Assembly (NCBI GenBank): GCA_018304175.1
Contig: JAGVWT010000003.1
Coordinates: forward strand, 100,695 to 139,093
Origin: Candidatus Pacearchaeota archaeon
GTDB lineage: Archaea; Nanobdellota; Nanobdellia; Pacearchaeales; GW2011-AR1
Reading direction: 5' to 3'
DNA: 38,399 bases
Shown here: positions 35,720 through 38,399 of the stretch, piece after piece
How positions within the stretch are numbered: the stretch's first letter is position 1
Layout: every line of letters starts with the position of its first letter
Made by a program: the position numbers and the translations under genes
The notes under the pieces: model-generated
The model's database searches: none
The model's input: only the letters and a program-made list of their open reading frames with translations
What the model was told of the DNA's origin: nothing

Positions 35720-36919
35720 ATGTCATGGCCAGAAAAGTACAGACCACAGAGTTTTTTAGAAGTAAAAGGACAGGATGAAGCAATTAGAAATATAAAAAAT
35801 TTTATTGAGAATTTTTACCTCGGTAAATTAAGCAAGACTGGAAAAAAAGCACTGATTCTTCATGGTTCGCCCGGAGTTGGTAAAACGACTTTGGCGCACG
35901 TGATTGCAAAAGAATTTAATTCAGAGATATTTGAATTGAATGCAAGTGATTTGCGAAACAAAGCAAATTTACAGCAGACACTGAAACCTGCAATTGAGCA
36001 AAAATCTTTGGTGAGCAAAAACAAGATTATTTTGATTGATGAGGTTGACGGAATTTCTGCTTATGCTGATTGGGGGGGAATGAGCCAAATTTTATACTTA
36101 ATTGAAAATACAACTTACCCGGTGATTATTACAGCAAATGATATTTGGGATAAAAAATTCTATGACTTAAGGAAAAAATCAGAAGTAGTAAAATTAAAAG
36201 AAATTGATTACAAAACGATAAAAGGAATATTGATTGAAATACTTAGAAAGGAAGGCAAGTTTGTCAATAATGAAACCTTAACTGAAATTGCTGTGAAAGT
36301 TAAGGGAGATTTAAGGGCTGCGATAAATGATATACAAATAGAATCTGGTATTAGGCCATTTTCTTCGAAAGTTCCAATAAGCGAGAGAAATAAGGAAACA
36401 GATATTTTTAATTCTCTGAAAATGATTTTTAAGGGAAAACCTACAAAAGAAATGCTTGAAATTTATGATTCTGTGAACATGAATCTTGATGAGATAATGC
36501 TCTGGGTTGAAGAAAATATTCCGAGAGAATACAAAGGAGAAGAATTAGCAAGGGCTTATGACCTTTTGAGCAAGGCAGATATTTTCAAAGGAAGAATTTA
36601 CAAACAGCAATACTGGAGATTTCTAGTTTACGAAAATATCTTTCTTAGTTTTGGAATTTCAGCTTCTAAAAATCCGCTTAAACCAATAGGAAGCGGTTTT
36701 ACAAGTTACAAAAAACCAGATAGGATTTTAAAGATTTGGCTGAACAACAAAAAAAACGAGAAAAAGAAAACAATCGCGAAAAAATACGCACGCTACGTTC
36801 ATATTGGACAAAAGCGTGCAATGAGGGATTTTCCAGTTATAAAGAAAATTCTACAAAATAAAAATGTTCAGAATGAGCTTAAACTCAGTGATGAAGAAGT
36901 TGAGTATGTTATGAGATGA
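35720..36919 (+). CDS. rfcL: Replication factor C large subunit
   Basis: WPEKYRP, GSPGVGKT, ELNASD.R, ILIDEVD, TAND, GDLRAAIND, WVEENI. Confidence 0.93.
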   Translation: MSWPEKYRPQSFLEVKGQDEAIRNIKNFIENFYLGKLSKTGKKALILHGSPGVGKTTLAHVIAKEFNSEIFELNASDLRNKANLQQTLKPAIEQKSLVSKNKIILIDEVDGISAYADWGGMSQILYLIENTTYPVIITANDIWDKKFYDLRKKSEVVKLKEIDYKTIKGILIEILRKEGKFVNNETLTEIAVKVKGDLRAAINDIQIESGIRPFSSKVPISERNKETDIFNSLKMIFKGKPTKEMLEIYDSVNMNLDEIMLWVEENIPREYKGEELARAYDLLSKADIFKGRIYKQQYWRFLVYENIFLSFGISASKNPLKPIGSGFTSYKKPDRILKIWLNNKKNEKKKTIAKKYARYVHIGQKRAMRDFPVIKKILQNKNVQNELKLSDEEVEYVMR

Positions 36920-36921
36920 AT

Positions 36922-37221
36922 TTAAAGACTATACTCATTAACATATCTTGCAATATTTTCTAAATAATCTGGATCGATTCTGATAAAAAGTTTTTGCTTG
37001 TTTTGATTTTTAATCGCCACAACATATAAAGTATGGGTAATGTTGTCATAATGCATTATTTTACACCCCTGTCTGTGTTCATCAGGGTGTTTAACAAATT
37101 GAAATTTACCGGTTCCAATTGCTTTAACACCTAATAATCCTTCCAAATCTTCTCTTAATGGGTAAAAACATCTTAAAATACTATGTTTGCTATTCTTACG
37201 GTTAATTTTGTGTTTTGGCAT
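36922..37221 (-). CDS. Hypothetical protein
   Basis: 99-aa ORF, divergent from the ATPase gene. Confidence 0.55.
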   Translation of the reverse strand: MPKHKINRKNSKHSILRCFYPLREDLEGLLGVKAIGTGKFQFVKHPDEHRQGCKIMHYDNITHTLYVVAIKNQNKQKLFIRIDPDYLENIARYVNEYSL

Positions 37222-37296
37222 GAAAATAATTCAAAAACCATGTTTTTAAATTTAATCAATCAAAAACTATTAAAACTTTCTTTATTATTTACTTCT

Positions 37297-38399
37297 ATGC
37301 CGTATGATATTAAGATAGGTAGGAACTTAGCGGACAAAAAGGCTTTTGGTGATGAAGGATTTGTATTTCTTGGCAAGAGCTATGTTAAAATGGGGAATTA
37401 TTCTTCTTTGAGCAATAATATTTTTATGGATGTTGCAAGAAATCATGTTGTTTTGGTTGCCGGAAAACGTGGAAGCGGAAAGAGTTATACTCTAGGTGTT
37501 ATTGCTGAGGAGCTATCAGGTTTGAAAAAAGAAATAAGTCAGAACATAGCGTCGCTGATTTTTGACACAATGGGAATTTTTTGGACAATGAAATTCACGA
37601 ATGAAAAAGACAAAGAACTTTTGTATGATTGGAAGCTTTCGACAAAAAATTTACCGACAAGAATTTTTGTTCCTTTTGGACATTATGACAATTATATTGA
37701 AAAAGGAATCCCAGTTGATGAAAAATTTGCCCTGAATCCAATGGAGCTTGATGCCGAAGATTGGATAATAACTTTTGGTTTAAGTATTATAAATCCTGTT
37801 GCTGTTTTGATTGAAAGAGCAATAAACAACCTGAAAAAAGAAGAATCTTTTACAATAAAAGACGTAATTCGAGAGATAGAATCTGATGATAAATCTTCTA
37901 ATGAAATAAAAAATGCAGCAGTTAGTTTGTTCCAGGCTGCAGAAACTTGGGGAATTTTTTCTGAAAAAACGAAAAATGCGACAAAAATAGGGGATTTGAT
38001 TTCTGGTGGAACAACAAGCATTCTTGATTTAAGTGTTTACAATTCAATCGGTGCTTTCAACGTAAGGGCTTTGGTAATTGGTTTGCTTTCAAAAAAGATT
38101 TTCAATCAAAGAATGAATGCGAGAAAAAAGGAGGAAGTTAAAGCAGTTTCGAGCAGCTTTTCTATGACGGGATTTGAAGAGAAAAAAGAGACACCACTTG
38201 TCTGGATTTTCATAGACGAAGCACATGAGTTTTTGCCTTTGAATGGAAAGACAGCGGCGACAGATGCTTTGATTCAATTGCTTCGTGAAGGAAGACAGCC
38301 AGGAATTTCTCTTGTTTTGGCGACGCAGCAACCAGGACAAATTCATAGAGATGTTATGACTCAATCTGACATTGTAATTTCACACCGAGTTACATCACA
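37297..38399 (+). CDS. HerA/FtsK-superfamily (DUF87-type) ATPase, 3' end runs off window
   Basis: Not in ORF track. MPYDIKIGR..., Walker A VAGKRGSGKS, Walker B WIFIDEAH, LREGRQPGISLVLATQQP, SDIVISHR. Confidence 0.9.
   Translation, partial: MPYDIKIGRNLADKKAFGDEGFVFLGKSYVKMGNYSSLSNNIFMDVARNHVVLVAGKRGSGKSYTLGVIAEELSGLKKEISQNIASLIFDTMGIFWTMKFTNEKDKELLYDWKLSTKNLPTRIFVPFGHYDNYIEKGIPVDEKFALNPMELDAEDWIITFGLSIINPVAVLIERAINNLKKEESFTIKDVIREIESDDKSSNEIKNAAVSLFQAAETWGIFSEKTKNATKIGDLISGGTTSILDLSVYNSIGAFNVRALVIGLLSKKIFNQRMNARKKEEVKAVSSSFSMTGFEEKKETPLVWIFIDEAHEFLPLNGKTAATDALIQLLREGRQPGISLVLATQQPGQIHRDVMTQSDIVISHRVTS

Noticed and set aside
1281-35783. Many 60-125-aa ORFs nested in or antisense to assigned genes (e.g. 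3410-3697, 4895-5272, 5430-5777, 11089-11439, 21343-21648, 30612-30851)
   Set aside because: They are F/S/L-rich mirror translations of K/E-rich genes, with no motifs or independent start signals.
37692-38364. Two minus-strand ORFs (109 and 91 aa)
   Set aside because: Shadows of the + strand ATPase, which has clear Walker motifs.
1-38399. CRISPR array, integrase, transposase, reverse transcriptase, DGR template repeat, rRNA
   Set aside because: No regularly spaced repeats, recognisable catalytic motifs, AAC-rich copy of the VR or long GC-rich RNA region found by eye.
1-38399. Stop-codon reassignment or selenocysteine read-through
   Set aside because: TGA, TAA and TAG all end conserved proteins at expected positions, and conserved genes have no in-frame stops.

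Overview
AT-rich (roughly 30% GC by eye, not computed), very compact archaeal chromosome segment. Gene content and style point to a DPANN archaeon, most likely Pacearchaeota/Woesearchaeota-like (inference): archaeal uL16, eL33, uS10 and eL41, RFC S+L, Dph2 and Dph6, BHB-type tRNA introns, TATA boxes about 20-26 nt upstream of starts, and many lineage-type hypothetical proteins. It carries about 55 CDS and 4 tRNAs: His-GTG (57-nt intron), Val-TAC, Ser-GGA and Asp-GTC (65-nt intron). I found no rRNA, CRISPR array, integrase, transposase or reverse transcriptase. Highlights: (1) an orphan gene whose GC-rich 3' end looks like a diversity-generating retroelement (DGR) variable repeat, at the end of a small accessory operon and apparently frameshifted at its 5' end; (2) a tRNA-His/hisS locus whose spacer repeats the tRNA 3' end twice and holds a 10-nt sequence complementary to the intron's BHB strand; (3) a GluRS lacking the anticodon-binding domain and a compact HisRS; (4) an unexplained cluster of a 497-aa protein, a 614-aa metal TIM barrel and an MNT-HEPN protein, plus a second MNT-HEPN paralog; (5) a standalone glutaminase translationally coupled to dph6; (6) a strand-specific CTCGCT/TCGCTC motif just downstream of stop codons. 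All family assignments come from motif recognition, not database searches.
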